Shown piece after piece: positions 17,453-28,200 of a stretch of DNA of 64,000 bases. How positions within the stretch are numbered: the stretch's first letter is position 1; each line of letters starts with the position of its first letter. The DNA comes from Bacteroidota bacterium. Lineage in GTDB: Bacteria; Bacteroidota; Bacteroidia; JADZBD01. The stretch covers positions 3,768-67,767 of the forward strand of contig JBFLYZ010000013.1 in assembly GCA_040756415.1 (NCBI GenBank), in the 5' to 3' direction. The position numbers and the translations under genes are program-made. The notes under the pieces were generated by a model. That model did not search any database. It was not told the origin of the DNA and saw nothing but the letters and a program-made list of their open reading frames with translations.

Positions 17453-20400
17453 GTGAAAAAATCCATGTATGTAGCATCTGCGCATTATCGTTTTCCTCTT
17501 CCTTCAAAAAGACACTATCTTTTAGCCTGCTTCCTTGTTTTTTTTTCCAGCGCGTGGTCGCAGCTCAGCGTAACACCGAATCCTTCCCTCACCACCCTTA
17601 TCAATGCGCTGGGCGGCCAGGGACTTACTATTTCAAATCCCCAGCTTAACTGCCCTGCCGGAGCCTACGGTACGTTCACCACCGGGGTTTCTAACCTTGG
17701 ATTGCCGAACGGCATACTGCTCACCACAGGTTCGGCCATGAACGCGGTGGGCCCCAACAATTTACCGTCTGCCGGAACCTGCAACGGAACCATAAGCAAC
17801 GATCCGCAGCTCAACACCATCGAGCCGCTTGCCGACTACGACCTCTGTGTTCTCGAGTTCGATATTATCCCGCAGTGCAGTACGCTGACCATACGCTTCG
17901 TGTTCGGGTCGGAGGAATATCCCGAGTTCGTCAATTCGTCATTTAACGATGCCTTCGGCTTTTTTATTACCGGCCCCGGTCCCTATCCCAACTGCCAGAA
18001 TAATTTTTACAATAACACCAATGTGGCCACGCTGCCCAATAACATTACCCCGGTGACGATTGATAATGTGAATAACATTGTCAACAGCACCTATTACGTG
18101 AACAATACGAACGGTACCACCGTTCAGTACGATGGCTTCACCACCGTGCTGACCCGTACGGTCCAGCTCTGCCCCTGCCAGCAATATCATTTTAAAATTG
18201 CCATTGCCGATGCGGGCGACTGCATTTACGACTCAGGCGTGTTCATAGATTTCATGCAATGCTCTTCCGTGCTTACCGCCACCACCACTTCGGTCAATGC
18301 CGGATGTAATGGCTGTGTAGGCTCCGCCACCGCCACGGCCAGCGGCACCATAGGGCCTTATACCTACAGTTGGACGACTACGCCAGCGCAGACCACCGCC
18401 ACGGCTACAGGCCTTTGCCCGGGCACTTATACCGTATATGTGAACGATGCGCTGAGCTGCACGCCCGCCATCACATCGGTGGTGACTATATCGGGAAGCC
18501 CTCCCATGACGACTACCCAGTCGGGCACCAATGTGACTTGTTTTGGAGGTAATAATGGCACGGCCACCGTAACTCCAAGCGGAGCGCAGCCCCCGTATTC
18601 GTATTCATGGACCACTACGCCCGTACAAACCACTCAAACAGCCACCGGGCTTACGGCAGGCACTTACACGGTAACGGTGACCTCATCCAACGGATGCACA
18701 GCCCAGCAGGTGGTGACCATAACACAGCCGCCCGCATTGTCCCTCACCTCATCGCAGGTCAACCTGTTGTGTAACGCGCAGTGTAATGGAAGCGCTACGG
18801 TGAACGTATCGGGCGGCACGCCCGGCTACACCTATGCCTGGTCGCCTTCGGGCGGTAACGGGGCCACGGCCGGCAATCTTTGCGCAGGCAATTATATCTG
18901 CACCGTAACGGACGCCAATGGATGCAGCATTACTCAGTCATTTACCATTACGCAGCCCCCTGCGCTAAGCGCAAGCATTATCGGTAACATTAATCCGTCT
19001 TGTTTCGGGGGCAGCAACGGAAGCGCAGCCGCGCAGGCTACGGGCGGTACGCCCAATTATACCTATAGCTGGGCGCCTGCGGGCGGCAGCGGTGCCACAG
19101 GCACCGGCTTGTCGGCAGGCTCGTATACCTGTTACATAACTGATGCCAACGGGTGCACGACCACTACCACCGTTACGCTTGGCCAGCCCACGGCTCTTAC
19201 CATACAAGCTCAGGGTTTTGCCGAGACCTGTGCCGGGGCCTGTGACGGACAGGTGGTATGCATCCCCTCGGGAGGCACCACCCCATACACCTATTCCTGG
19301 AACAATGGCTGCAACACGCCCGGGTGCATGCCTGTTTGCAGCGGAACGTACACCATTTTTGTTACCGATGCCAATGGTTGTACCATACAGGATACTGCGA
19401 TCGTCAATTCCCCTCCGGGGATCACGCTTACGACCTCTTCGGTACAGGCCACATGCAACCTTCCCAACGGATCGGCCAGCGTTACCGCTACAGGCGGGTC
19501 GGGGAACTACACCTATTCCTGGACCACCACCCCGGTTCAGAACGGTTCTACCGCCAACGGTATCCCTGGCGGTACCTATACGGTGGTTGTTTCCGATGGC
19601 AACGGGTGCACCGCCTCAGCTACCATAGTGGTCCCATCGGCTCCTGCGGTCACCTCATCACTTACCTCACAGACCAATATCAATTGTTTTGGCGCCTGTA
19701 ACGGCAGCGCAACGGTAACAGCAGGAAGCGGCACGCCCCCTTATACCTATTCCTGGACCACCAACCCGGTGCAGAACACCGCGGCTGCCAACGGCCTGTG
19801 CGCAGGAACTTATACCTGTTATGTGACCGATGCCAACAACTGTGTGGACACCACTATCGTGACCATTACCCAGCCTGGTCCGCTGCAGGTCAACGCCTCG
19901 CAGAACCAATCCATCTGTTCGGGCTCTTCCGTAACCATCAGCGGGCTTGCCCAGGGCGGCACACCTGCCTATACTTATGCCTGGGCCCCTACGGGTACGG
20001 GCACCAGTTTCACTGATTCGCCCGGTGCGACCACCACCTATACCCTTACCGTTACCGATGCCAACGGCTGTACAGATACCGCCATGACCACGGTTACCGT
20101 TAACGCGGCCCCGGTATTTACCATTGCGGCCAACGACAACGATGGATGCGTAACGCACTGCGTCACCTTTAGTTCTTCGCTGACCAACGGTACGTCTTAT
20201 AGTTGGGACTTTGGGGATGGCTCGAATACCACCGGGTCAGGGCCCGTTCACTGCTATACCGTTCCGGGTACCTATACGGTGGTGCTGACCATTGCTGATG
20301 CCAACGGATGCTCAGCGACCGTTACCGTTAACAACATGATCATTGTTTATGCCATGCCGGTGGCTGAGTTCAATATGAGCTCCGAATCGGCCAGTATCAT

Positions 20401-20899
20401 CGAACCCACCATTGCGTTTACCAATGCTTCGGCAGGAGCATCGCTGTATTCGTGGGATTTTGGCGATCCTGCCAGCGGTGCTAGTAATACCAGCACGCTG
20501 GAGCACCCTTCGCATACCTTCAGCGACACGGGCACTTTCTGCATCACGCTGTGGGTGGAATCGCCCAACGGCTGCCGCGACAGCATCAGTTACTGCCTGG
20601 TCATAGAGCCCGATTTTACGTTCTACGCGCCCAATGCCATAACCCCCGATGGCGATGGCATCAATGATGGTTTTCTGCCTAAAGGCACAGGCTGGGATCC
20701 CGCCAACTATACATTGTATGTCTTCGACCGCTGGGGTAATATGATCTTCCAGACCGATGACATGAACAAGCATTGGGACGGCAGGGTACAGGGGCAGCCG
20801 GATATTGTGCAGGAAGATACCTATGTATGGAAGGTAGTGCTTAAGGATTTCAGGGGCACCCAGCACCAGTACGTAGGACACGTTTCCGTGATCAGGTAA
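17453..20899 (+). CDS. Large surface adhesin-like protein: choice-of-anchor-L-like head, 7 SprB repeats, Ig-like and 2 PKD-like domains, T9SS type B sorting domain
   Basis: GTG 17453 or ATG 17465 start. The head has GQGLTISNP..NCPAGAYGTFT..LGLPNGILLTTG and RFVFGSEEYPEFVNSSFNDAFGFFITG, a choice-of-anchor-L type signature recalled from memory. The stalk and tail are colinear with the gene at 13985-17332. The C-terminus is YAPNAITPDGDGINDGFLPKG...FDRWGNMIFQT. Confidence 0.85.
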   Translation: MKKSMYVASAHYRFPLPSKRHYLLACFLVFFSSAWSQLSVTPNPSLTTLINALGGQGLTISNPQLNCPAGAYGTFTTGVSNLGLPNGILLTTGSAMNAVGPNNLPSAGTCNGTISNDPQLNTIEPLADYDLCVLEFDIIPQCSTLTIRFVFGSEEYPEFVNSSFNDAFGFFITGPGPYPNCQNNFYNNTNVATLPNNITPVTIDNVNNIVNSTYYVNNTNGTTVQYDGFTTVLTRTVQLCPCQQYHFKIAIADAGDCIYDSGVFIDFMQCSSVLTATTTSVNAGCNGCVGSATATASGTIGPYTYSWTTTPAQTTATATGLCPGTYTVYVNDALSCTPAITSVVTISGSPPMTTTQSGTNVTCFGGNNGTATVTPSGAQPPYSYSWTTTPVQTTQTATGLTAGTYTVTVTSSNGCTAQQVVTITQPPALSLTSSQVNLLCNAQCNGSATVNVSGGTPGYTYAWSPSGGNGATAGNLCAGNYICTVTDANGCSITQSFTITQPPALSASIIGNINPSCFGGSNGSAAAQATGGTPNYTYSWAPAGGSGATGTGLSAGSYTCYITDANGCTTTTTVTLGQPTALTIQAQGFAETCAGACDGQVVCIPSGGTTPYTYSWNNGCNTPGCMPVCSGTYTIFVTDANGCTIQDTAIVNSPPGITLTTSSVQATCNLPNGSASVTATGGSGNYTYSWTTTPVQNGSTANGIPGGTYTVVVSDGNGCTASATIVVPSAPAVTSSLTSQTNINCFGACNGSATVTAGSGTPPYTYSWTTNPVQNTAAANGLCAGTYTCYVTDANNCVDTTIVTITQPGPLQVNASQNQSICSGSSVTISGLAQGGTPAYTYAWAPTGTGTSFTDSPGATTTYTLTVTDANGCTDTAMTTVTVNAAPVFTIAANDNDGCVTHCVTFSSSLTNGTSYSWDFGDGSNTTGSGPVHCYTVPGTYTVVLTIADANGCSATVTVNNMIIVYAMPVAEFNMSSESASIIEPTIAFTNASAGASLYSWDFGDPASGASNTSTLEHPSHTFSDTGTFCITLWVESPNGCRDSISYCLVIEPDFTFYAPNAITPDGDGINDGFLPKGTGWDPANYTLYVFDRWGNMIFQTDDMNKHWDGRVQGQPDIVQEDTYVWKVVLKDFRGTQHQYVGHVSVIR

Positions 20900-20925
20900 C
20901 CAGCTCTCACAACAATCTCAACGTT

Positions 20926-20953
20926 GTCCTTTCCCGGAAGGACCAGTTTTTTT
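20926..20953 (+). terminator. Rho-independent terminator
   Basis: GTCCTTtcccggAAGGACcagttttttt, 27 nt after the stop codon. It has a short 6-bp stem and a 7-T tract. Confidence 0.6.
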
Positions 20954-21451
20954 ATGCAGCGCATAGCCCTTCTTTCCGACACGCATAATCACCTGGATGA
21001 AAAAATATTCAAGTATTTTGATGGCTGTGACCAGATCTGGCATGCCGGGGATATCGGCACGATCTCCATCACCGATCGCCTCGAGCAGATAAAGCCCGTG
21101 GTAGCCGTTCACGGCAACATTGACGGGGCGGATGTGCGCAGGGTTTGGCCGCGCGACCAGCGTTTCCGTTGCGAGCAGGTGGATGTATGGATAACGCATA
21201 TAGGAGGGTATCCCGGCCATTATTCACCGGAGGTAAGGGAAAGGATAAGGGCCAAGCCGCCCGGGCTGTTCATCTGCGGTCATTCCCACATCCTGAAGGT
21301 GATGAACGATAAGCAGCTCCGGCTGCTTCATATCAATCCGGGCGCTGCCGGATTATACGGTTTTCACCTGGTCAGGACCATGATCCGGTTTACGATAGAG
21401 GGCGAGAATATAAAGGACCTGGAGGTGATCGAACTGGGCAAAAGGGCCTGA
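20954..21451 (+). CDS. YfcE/MJ0936-type metallophosphoesterase
   Basis: The start MQRIALLSDTHNH (D-x-H motif), followed by WHAGDIG (GD), VHGNID (GN) and ICGHSH, matches the calcineurin-like phosphoesterase signature set. Confidence 0.8.
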   Translation: MQRIALLSDTHNHLDEKIFKYFDGCDQIWHAGDIGTISITDRLEQIKPVVAVHGNIDGADVRRVWPRDQRFRCEQVDVWITHIGGYPGHYSPEVRERIRAKPPGLFICGHSHILKVMNDKQLRLLHINPGAAGLYGFHLVRTMIRFTIEGENIKDLEVIELGKRA

Positions 21452-21481
21452 TACTCAGTCAAAAAAATTAATAAAAAATAC

Positions 21482-21510
21482 TTGCACGTAAAATATTCTT
21501 CGTAATATTG
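21482..21510 (+). promoter_or_regulatory. Candidate Bacteroidota sigma-A promoter for rho (-33 TTG / -7 TAATATTG)
   Basis: cTTGcacgtaaaatattcttcgTAATATTGc resembles the Bacteroidetes -33 TTTG / -7 TAnnTTTG consensus, with one mismatch in the -7 box. It would give a ~130-nt AT-rich leader. This is a pattern match only. Confidence 0.3.
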
Positions 21511-21645
21511 CATAACCGATTCCGTTATTACATCACCTTGTAATACAAATCACTAAGGCTTATTGGAATTCATCTATCTTCCCGAAATATCCGTTTTGAC
21601 CCCGCAATAAATTAACCCTTTTTAAAACAATCAAATCTTTTATTC

Positions 21646-23136
21646 ATGTACGATATTATTGAACTCAATGGAAAACTCCTGAGCGAGCTGAAGGACATTG
21701 CGAAAAAACTGAACATTCCCAAGTTCGATACGCTGAAGAAACAAGACCTGATCTATAAGATCCTCGACCACCAGGCCCTCAACCCGCAGCCGCAGACGAT
21801 AGAGAAAAAACCGAAAATGGAAAAAAAGAAGAGCGATAGCCCGATCGATGAGTTCGAATCACAACTGTTCAACGAGGATAATGAATTCCCGCCCGCGAAG
21901 GAGGCGCCCCCGGTCAATAATGAGCCCCCGGTAGTACAGGAGCCTGCGCCCGATACGCTGAGCGAACCCAGCCAGCAGAAGCCCCAGGACAGGAAGCCCG
22001 CAGAGCCGCTCTATAATTTTGACGGCATCATTTCTTCCGAGGGCGTACTGGAGATCATGCCCGATGGTTACGGTTTTCTCCGCTCTTCCGATTACAACTA
22101 CTTGAATTCACCGGATGATATTTATGTATCCCAGTCGCAGATCAAACTGTTTGGTCTGAAGACGGGCGATACGGTGCGCGGAAGCATACGTCCTCCGAAA
22201 GAAGGCGAAAAATATTTTCCGCTGATCAAGGTGGAACAGATCAACGGCCGAGATCCCGGCTTTGTGCGCGACCGCGTTCCTTTCGACTACCTTACCCCGC
22301 TTTTCCCCGAGGAGAAGTTCAAACTGACAGGGCACCCGCAGCAGAACCTTTCCACGCGTATTGTCGACCTGGTCACGCCTATCGGCAAGGGTCAACGCGC
22401 GCTCATCGTAGCGCAGCCTAAAACGGGTAAGACTGTTCTTCTGAAGGACATTGCCAATGCCATAGCTTACAATCACCCGGAGGCCTATATGATCATCCTG
22501 CTGATTGATGAGCGGCCCGAGGAAGTGACCGATATGGCCCGCAGCGTAAAAGCCGAAGTGATCGCATCGACCTTCGATGAGCCTGCCGACCGTCACGTGA
22601 AGATCGCCAACATCGTATTGGAAAAGGCCAAGCGCATGGTAGAGTGCGGGCACGATGTCGTGATCCTGCTCGATTCCATCACCCGCCTGGCCCGTGCATA
22701 TAATACGGTTCAGCCCGCTTCAGGCAAAGTGCTTTCGGGCGGTGTGGATGCCAATGCCCTGCACAAGCCCAAGCGTTTCTTCGGCTCCGCCCGGAAGATC
22801 GAGAACGGTGGCTCGCTCACCATACTGGCTACTGCGCTTACCGAAACCGGCTCCAAAATGGACGAGGTGATCTTTGAGGAATTCAAGGGAACAGGTAACA
22901 GCGAATTGCAGCTTGACAGGAAACTTTCCAACAAACGTATCTTCCCCGCGATCGATATCGTAGCATCCAGTACCAGGCGCGATGACCTGCTGGTGGAGAA
23001 AGACGTGCTCCAGCGCATGTGGATACTGCGCAACCACCTGGCCGACATGAATCCCCTCGAGGCGATGGAATTCCTGCGCGACCGGATGAAGAATACCCAG
23101 ACCAACGAGGAATTCCTTATTTCCATGAACGGGTAA
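21646..23136 (+). CDS. rho: Transcription termination factor Rho with N-terminal low-complexity insertion
   Basis: 496 aa. Rho N-terminal helix bundle ([29 protein letters not shown]), CSD-like RNA-binding domain ([30 protein letters not shown]), Walker A (AQPKTGKT), and the LIDERPEEV and [10 protein letters not shown] motifs. Confidence 0.95.
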   Translation: MYDIIELNGKLLSELKDIAKKLNIPKFDTLKKQDLIYKILDHQALNPQPQTIEKKPKMEKKKSDSPIDEFESQLFNEDNEFPPAKEAPPVNNEPPVVQEPAPDTLSEPSQQKPQDRKPAEPLYNFDGIISSEGVLEIMPDGYGFLRSSDYNYLNSPDDIYVSQSQIKLFGLKTGDTVRGSIRPPKEGEKYFPLIKVEQINGRDPGFVRDRVPFDYLTPLFPEEKFKLTGHPQQNLSTRIVDLVTPIGKGQRALIVAQPKTGKTVLLKDIANAIAYNHPEAYMIILLIDERPEEVTDMARSVKAEVIASTFDEPADRHVKIANIVLEKAKRMVECGHDVVILLDSITRLARAYNTVQPASGKVLSGGVDANALHKPKRFFGSARKIENGGSLTILATALTETGSKMDEVIFEEFKGTGNSELQLDRKLSNKRIFPAIDIVASSTRRDDLLVEKDVLQRMWILRNHLADMNPLEAMEFLRDRMKNTQTNEEFLISMNG

Positions 23137-23142
23137 TTCCGA

Positions 23143-23796
23143 ATGAAGGCCGCTGTAAGGTATGGATTGATCGGTGCAGGTGTAGCGTTGGCCATACTCT
23201 TTACCCAGTATTACCTGGTTGACGAAACGGTGGCTCTTCACCCCGCGTTCATGTACCTTGTGCAGCTCTGTCTTTTTGTTTCCATTATTGCCAGCATCAA
23301 GGTAACAAAGGATAAAGAATCCGGTGGGAATGTTGACCTGAAGACAGGCTTACGCGCTGGCGTTACCACGGTACTGATCATAACCCTCCTGATCGGGGCT
23401 TTTTTCTTCGGATTATATAAAACCATGTCGTCTGAAAAAATGCTGGCCCTGGCCGATAAGCAATTCACGGAATTCTTCAAAGAAAATCCCGTGCTCGATA
23501 CGGGCGAGGTGAAGTTTCAGAAAGCGATCTTTTCTGCCGACTCGGCCCTGGGAAAAGGGAACTACGGCGCGGCCAAACTGCACCTCGAAGTGGCCAGGCA
23601 GATCAGGCCGGGCGACACCAGGGCGGAGGAGAAGCTCAAAGCGGTGAACCCGCAGTTGATCACGCAGTATTCTTCCAATAGCTTTGTTTTCGGCCTGGTG
23701 TTCCAGCGTATGATAGGGCAACTGCTCATGGGAGCGGTGATCGCTTTCTTCACCACCATGGTGTTCCGCTTCAAGCAGCAGAGTGATAACGCTTAG
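23143..23796 (+). CDS. DUF4199-like membrane protein with an inserted soluble segment
   Basis: 217 aa. The N-terminus [20 protein letters not shown] and three further hydrophobic helices resemble Bacteroidota DUF4199 proteins. The assignment is from memory and weak. Confidence 0.5.
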   Translation: MKAAVRYGLIGAGVALAILFTQYYLVDETVALHPAFMYLVQLCLFVSIIASIKVTKDKESGGNVDLKTGLRAGVTTVLIITLLIGAFFFGLYKTMSSEKMLALADKQFTEFFKENPVLDTGEVKFQKAIFSADSALGKGNYGAAKLHLEVARQIRPGDTRAEEKLKAVNPQLITQYSSNSFVFGLVFQRMIGQLLMGAVIAFFTTMVFRFKQQSDNA

Positions 23797-25157
23797 CTTT
23801 CTCCCAGCAGCTCTTCCGCTAATTTTTTGATATCCACTCCATCGAAATTGCCGCTGCTCATCATCAGCAGGTTGGCATTCTCCAGGTCCAGCTTTTTCAA
23901 CTGGGCCAGGAGGGCGGGCGACTCGGTGAATACGGAAACAGGTCCGCCTCCGAATGCCGCTTTTACCTGCCCGGGGGTGATGGGCTTTAGTTTTTTGTGC
24001 GCGATGGTATTCGGGTTGAAGTAAACATACGCCTCGTCAGCCAGGTCCATGGCGCCCTTATATTCCTTCAGAAAATCTTCGTTAAGCGAGCTGAAGGTGT
24101 GCAGCTCCATGCAGGCGATCAGCTTCCTGTTGGGGAACTGTTTTTTCACGGCCGCTGTGGTGGCCCTGAGTTTAGACGGAGAGTGGGCAAAATCCTTATA
24201 TACCGCGCTGGTTCGGGTCTTCCTGACCAGTTCCAGCCTCCTGGCGGCTCCCCTGAAGGAGGCGATAGCGCGATAGAAATCCTTTTCGCTGATACCCAGC
24301 TCGCGGCATACCAGGCGCGCCCCGTTAATGTTCATCAGGTTGTGCTCGCCAAAAACGAGCAAGGGTGTTTTATCCTGCCCCGATACCAGGAAGCTGGTGC
24401 CGTTTTCAATGGTGTGGGAGGGAATTGAATAGGAAATCGCGGTGACCGTTTGTTTAGCTTTCGCGGCCAGCTTCTTCACCTCGAGGTCAAGCTCGCAGTA
24501 AATCAGCTTGCCTCCGTCTTCGATCAGGTCAATGAATATCCTGAACTGATCCACGTAATTCTCAAATGTGGGGAATACATTGATGTGGTCCCAGGCTATA
24601 CCCGAAAGGATGGCGATGTTGGGTTTATACAAATGGAACTTGGGCCTGCGGTCGATGGGAGAGGAGAGGTATTCATCACCTTCGATAACGGCTATTTTCG
24701 CTTCTGCGGTAAGCCTCACCATGGTATCAAACCCTTCGAGCTGGGCGCCCACCAGGTAATCGCAATCAACCCGGTTCTGGTGCAGCACATGCAGGATCAT
24801 GGCCGTGATGGTGGTTTTGCCGTGGCTGCCGCCTACCACCACGCGTATCTTGCTCTTTGTCTGCTCGTAAATATATTCGGGATAAGAGAATATTTTCAGG
24901 CCCAGTTCCCTTGCCTTGAGCAGCTCAGGGTTATCGGCACGCGCATGCATGCCCAGGATGACGGCATCCAGCCCGCTGTGTATGTTGTTCACGTCCCATC
25001 CTTCGCTGGCGGGTAGCAGGCCGTATTTGGCCAGCCGGCTTTTCGAGGGTTCGAAGATTTCGTCATCCGATCCGGTAACCGCCAACCCCTTTTTATGCAT
25101 GGCAATGGCCAGGTTGTGCATGGCGCTGCCGCCTATGGCTATGAAATGGACCTTCAT
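23793..25157 (-). CDS. mpl: Mur ligase family protein, Mpl-like (UDP-MurNAc:tripeptide ligase)
   Basis: MKVHFIAIGGSAMHNLAIAM..GLAVTGSD (Rossmann-like N-domain), P-loop GGSHGKTTITAMI, IEGDEY..RRPKFHLYKPNIAILSGIAWDHINVF (Mpl-like) and ARRLE. ATG 25175 is an alternative start. Confidence 0.75.
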   Translation of the reverse strand: MKVHFIAIGGSAMHNLAIAMHKKGLAVTGSDDEIFEPSKSRLAKYGLLPASEGWDVNNIHSGLDAVILGMHARADNPELLKARELGLKIFSYPEYIYEQTKSKIRVVVGGSHGKTTITAMILHVLHQNRVDCDYLVGAQLEGFDTMVRLTAEAKIAVIEGDEYLSSPIDRRPKFHLYKPNIAILSGIAWDHINVFPTFENYVDQFRIFIDLIEDGGKLIYCELDLEVKKLAAKAKQTVTAISYSIPSHTIENGTSFLVSGQDKTPLLVFGEHNLMNINGARLVCRELGISEKDFYRAIASFRGAARRLELVRKTRTSAVYKDFAHSPSKLRATTAAVKKQFPNRKLIACMELHTFSSLNEDFLKEYKGAMDLADEAYVYFNPNTIAHKKLKPITPGQVKAAFGGGPVSVFTESPALLAQLKKLDLENANLLMMSSGNFDGVDIKKLAEELLGES

Positions 25158-25229
25158 TGCCGTAAACTTATTCAATCGAATGGGACCGGCTTATTTACCG
25201 GGAGGTAAATTTTTAACACCATCCTGCTT

Positions 25230-25270
25230 AAAACAAAAAGCCCCTCCCCGCTATAAGCGGGAAGGGCTTC
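25230..25270 (-). terminator. Rho-independent terminator of the giant adhesin gene
   Basis: On the minus strand: AAGCCCTTCCCGCttataGCGGGGAGGGGCTTtttgtttt, 17 nt after the stop. The GC-rich stem has one bulge or wobble and is followed by a T-rich tract. Confidence 0.55.
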
Positions 25271-25286
25271 GGATCAATTTTCTTTT

Positions 25287-28200
25287 TTACTTGATCAGGC
25301 TGACGTGCCCCACGTACTGGTGAGTCTTGCCGAAGATATCGCAGGTGATGATCTTCCACACATAAACATCCTGCTGAGCGATCTCCTCACCGCCATTGGC
25401 GCGGCCGTCCCATCCCTTGCCCCAGCGATCGGTCTGCCAGATCAGGTTACCCCAGCGGTCGAATATATAGAACTGGTAGCATTGCTCATCGATGCCGATG
25501 CCTACCGGCATGAATACTTCGTTGTGGCCGTCACCGTTCGGGGTGAAGGCATTCGGAACGTAAAGGGCGAAGTCAGGATCGATCACCAGGCAGTATGTTA
25601 CCGTATCCCAGCATCCGTTTGCGTTCAGCACGGTGAGCGTTACGCAATAGGTGCCGGTGTCGCTATAGGTATGGCAAGGGTTCTGATCCGTGCTGCTGTT
25701 GGTCGGGCTGTCAGGCTCACCGAAATCCCAGGTCCATTCCGTAGCGCCCTGCGAAGCATCCGTGAAGCAGATGATGGGATTAAGGATGGTTGTAGGTTGT
25801 GACGACATGCTGAAGTCGGCCACCGGGACAGGGTACACGTTGATCATTCCCACCGAAGTGGCGGAGTTCACGCAGCCGTTATTATCCGTCACGGTAATGA
25901 ACACATCGTAGGTGCCTGGCGTGGTATAGCAATAGGTGGCAGGTGTAAGGCTGGTAGAGCTGCCTCCGTCACCAAAGCTCCACGAACAGCTTGCCGGGTT
26001 AGGCGTGAGGTTGGAGAAGTTCACGCAATGCGGTGCGCATCCCGCGCTGTCATCGGCCGTAATGCTGATCACCGGCAGCGGATTGACGGTTATCGTAACA
26101 ACAGCCGTATCGGCCGGTGTGCCGCAGTTGTCGGTTACGATCACGCTGTAAGTAGTAGTGGCAGTAGGCGATACGGTGAACGAGGTTCCGTTCCCGTTCC
26201 CCGGCATCCATACATAGTTGTAGGGCCCCCCGTTTCCACCGCTGGCGCTGGCCGTAAGCGTGGTGCTGGCACCTATACAGATAGCAGTGGGAGCCGATGT
26301 TGCCGCAACGATTGCGGGATTGACCGTTACGGTGAACACGATGGGCTGCGATACACAGCCGTTGGCGTCAGTGGCCATTACGGTATACGTTGTAGTTACG
26401 GTGGGGCACAACGTTACAGATGGGCCGCTCAAGTTACCGGGATTCCAGGTCACCGTATAGGCGGGAGTTCCACCGCTGATGGCAGCCGTTATGGTCGTGC
26501 ATTGGCTCAGGCAGATGGTAGAGCCGGGTATCTGTGCGATGAGCAGGATGGCCGGCTGTGTAATCGTTACGGTTGCCGTATCCAAGCAGTTATTGAAATC
26601 GGTCACGTACACCGTATAGGTACCCGCACAAAGTCCCGTAGCGGTTGCAGCATTCTGCAAAGGCGTAGTGGTCCAGGAGTAAGTATAAGGACCATTGCCG
26701 CCTGTGGCGTTTACGGTCGCGCTGCCGTTACACTGGCTGAAGCAGCTTACATTGGTAGAAGCGCCCATGGTAGCGGTCACACCGGCCGCATTAGGCACGG
26801 TTACCGTGGCTGAATCCGAGCAGCCGTTGGCGTCTGTCACAAACACCGTATACGTTCCGGGGGGAATGTTATTCGCTGTTGCGGCATTACCTCCCAGGGG
26901 TGCCCAGGAGTACGTGTAGCCTGGCGTTGCGCCTGTTGCTGTTACCGTGGCGGAGCCATCGGCCTGGTTACAATGCGCAGTGGTGAATGTAGTGGAGAGC
27001 ACCAGCAGGGTGGGTTCGGTAACCACTGCCGTATCGGAGAACGAACAGCCGTTCACGTCAGTGACAAATACCGTGTACGTCCCCGCGCAAAGCCCCGATA
27101 TGGAAGAAGTATTACCGGCAACAGGAGCCCATGAATAGGTGTAGGGTGCAGTACCTCCGGCAGGTATGGCTAAAGCGGCTCCGTTGCATGCGCCATTACA
27201 GGTGGCAGCCGATCCGTTCACGAAAGCATTCAGCACGGGCGGTTCGGTAATGGTCACCGTGGCCGTGGTTGTACAGTTGTTAGCGTCAGTCACGGTAACG
27301 GTATAGGTTCCCGCAGAAAGGCCGGTGCCCGTTGCGGCATTGCCACCGGCAGGCGCCCAGGCGTAAGCGTATGCAGGCGTTCCGCCACTTACGGTCACCG
27401 TTGCGGTTCCATTGCTGCCACCGAAGCAGGAAACGTTGGTAGAAGCGTTGATCGCTGCGGTGAGCAGAGGCGGTTCTGTAATAGTTACCGTTGCGGTAAC
27501 GGTACATCCGTTGGCATCGGTCACCGTTACGGTATAGTTACCTGCGGTGAGGCCGGTTGCAGTAGCGGAATTGCCGCCCGATGGAGCCCATGCGAAGGTG
27601 TAAGGCGCGGTGCCACCCGTTACAGTGACGGTGGCCGAGCCGTTATTCCCCCCGAAGCAGGCAACATTAACAGAAGCGGTGATCGAAGCTGTGGGACTGG
27701 CTGCATTGGGAACGCTCACCGTGGCGGAAGTGCTGCAGCCGTTTGCATCAGTGACGAATACCGTATAGGTTCCGGCCAGTAATCCGGTTGCAGTGGCTGC
27801 ATTACCGCCCGAGGGAGCCCAGGAATAGGTATAAGCCGGAGTGCCGCCCGTTGCCGTTACGCTGGCCGACCCGTTGGCCTGGCTGCAGGTGGATTGTGTG
27901 AATGAAGTGGACAGTGTTACGGCAGTGGGTTGTGTGATCACAGCGGTAGCTGTTACCGTGCATCCGTTGGCATCGGTGACGGTTACTGTATAAGTACCCG
28001 CAGCGAGACCTGTGGCAGTGGCCGCATTGCCACCACTGGGGGCCCAACTGTAGCTGTATGCAGGCGTTCCGCCACCCGCTGTGACTGTAGCCGTTCCGTT
28101 GCTGCCCCCGTTACAGGACACAGGGGTGGTGGCCGTTGTAGCCGTGAGTACGGGAGGCTCTGTGATGGTAACCGTGGCGGTTGTACTGCATCCATTGGCA

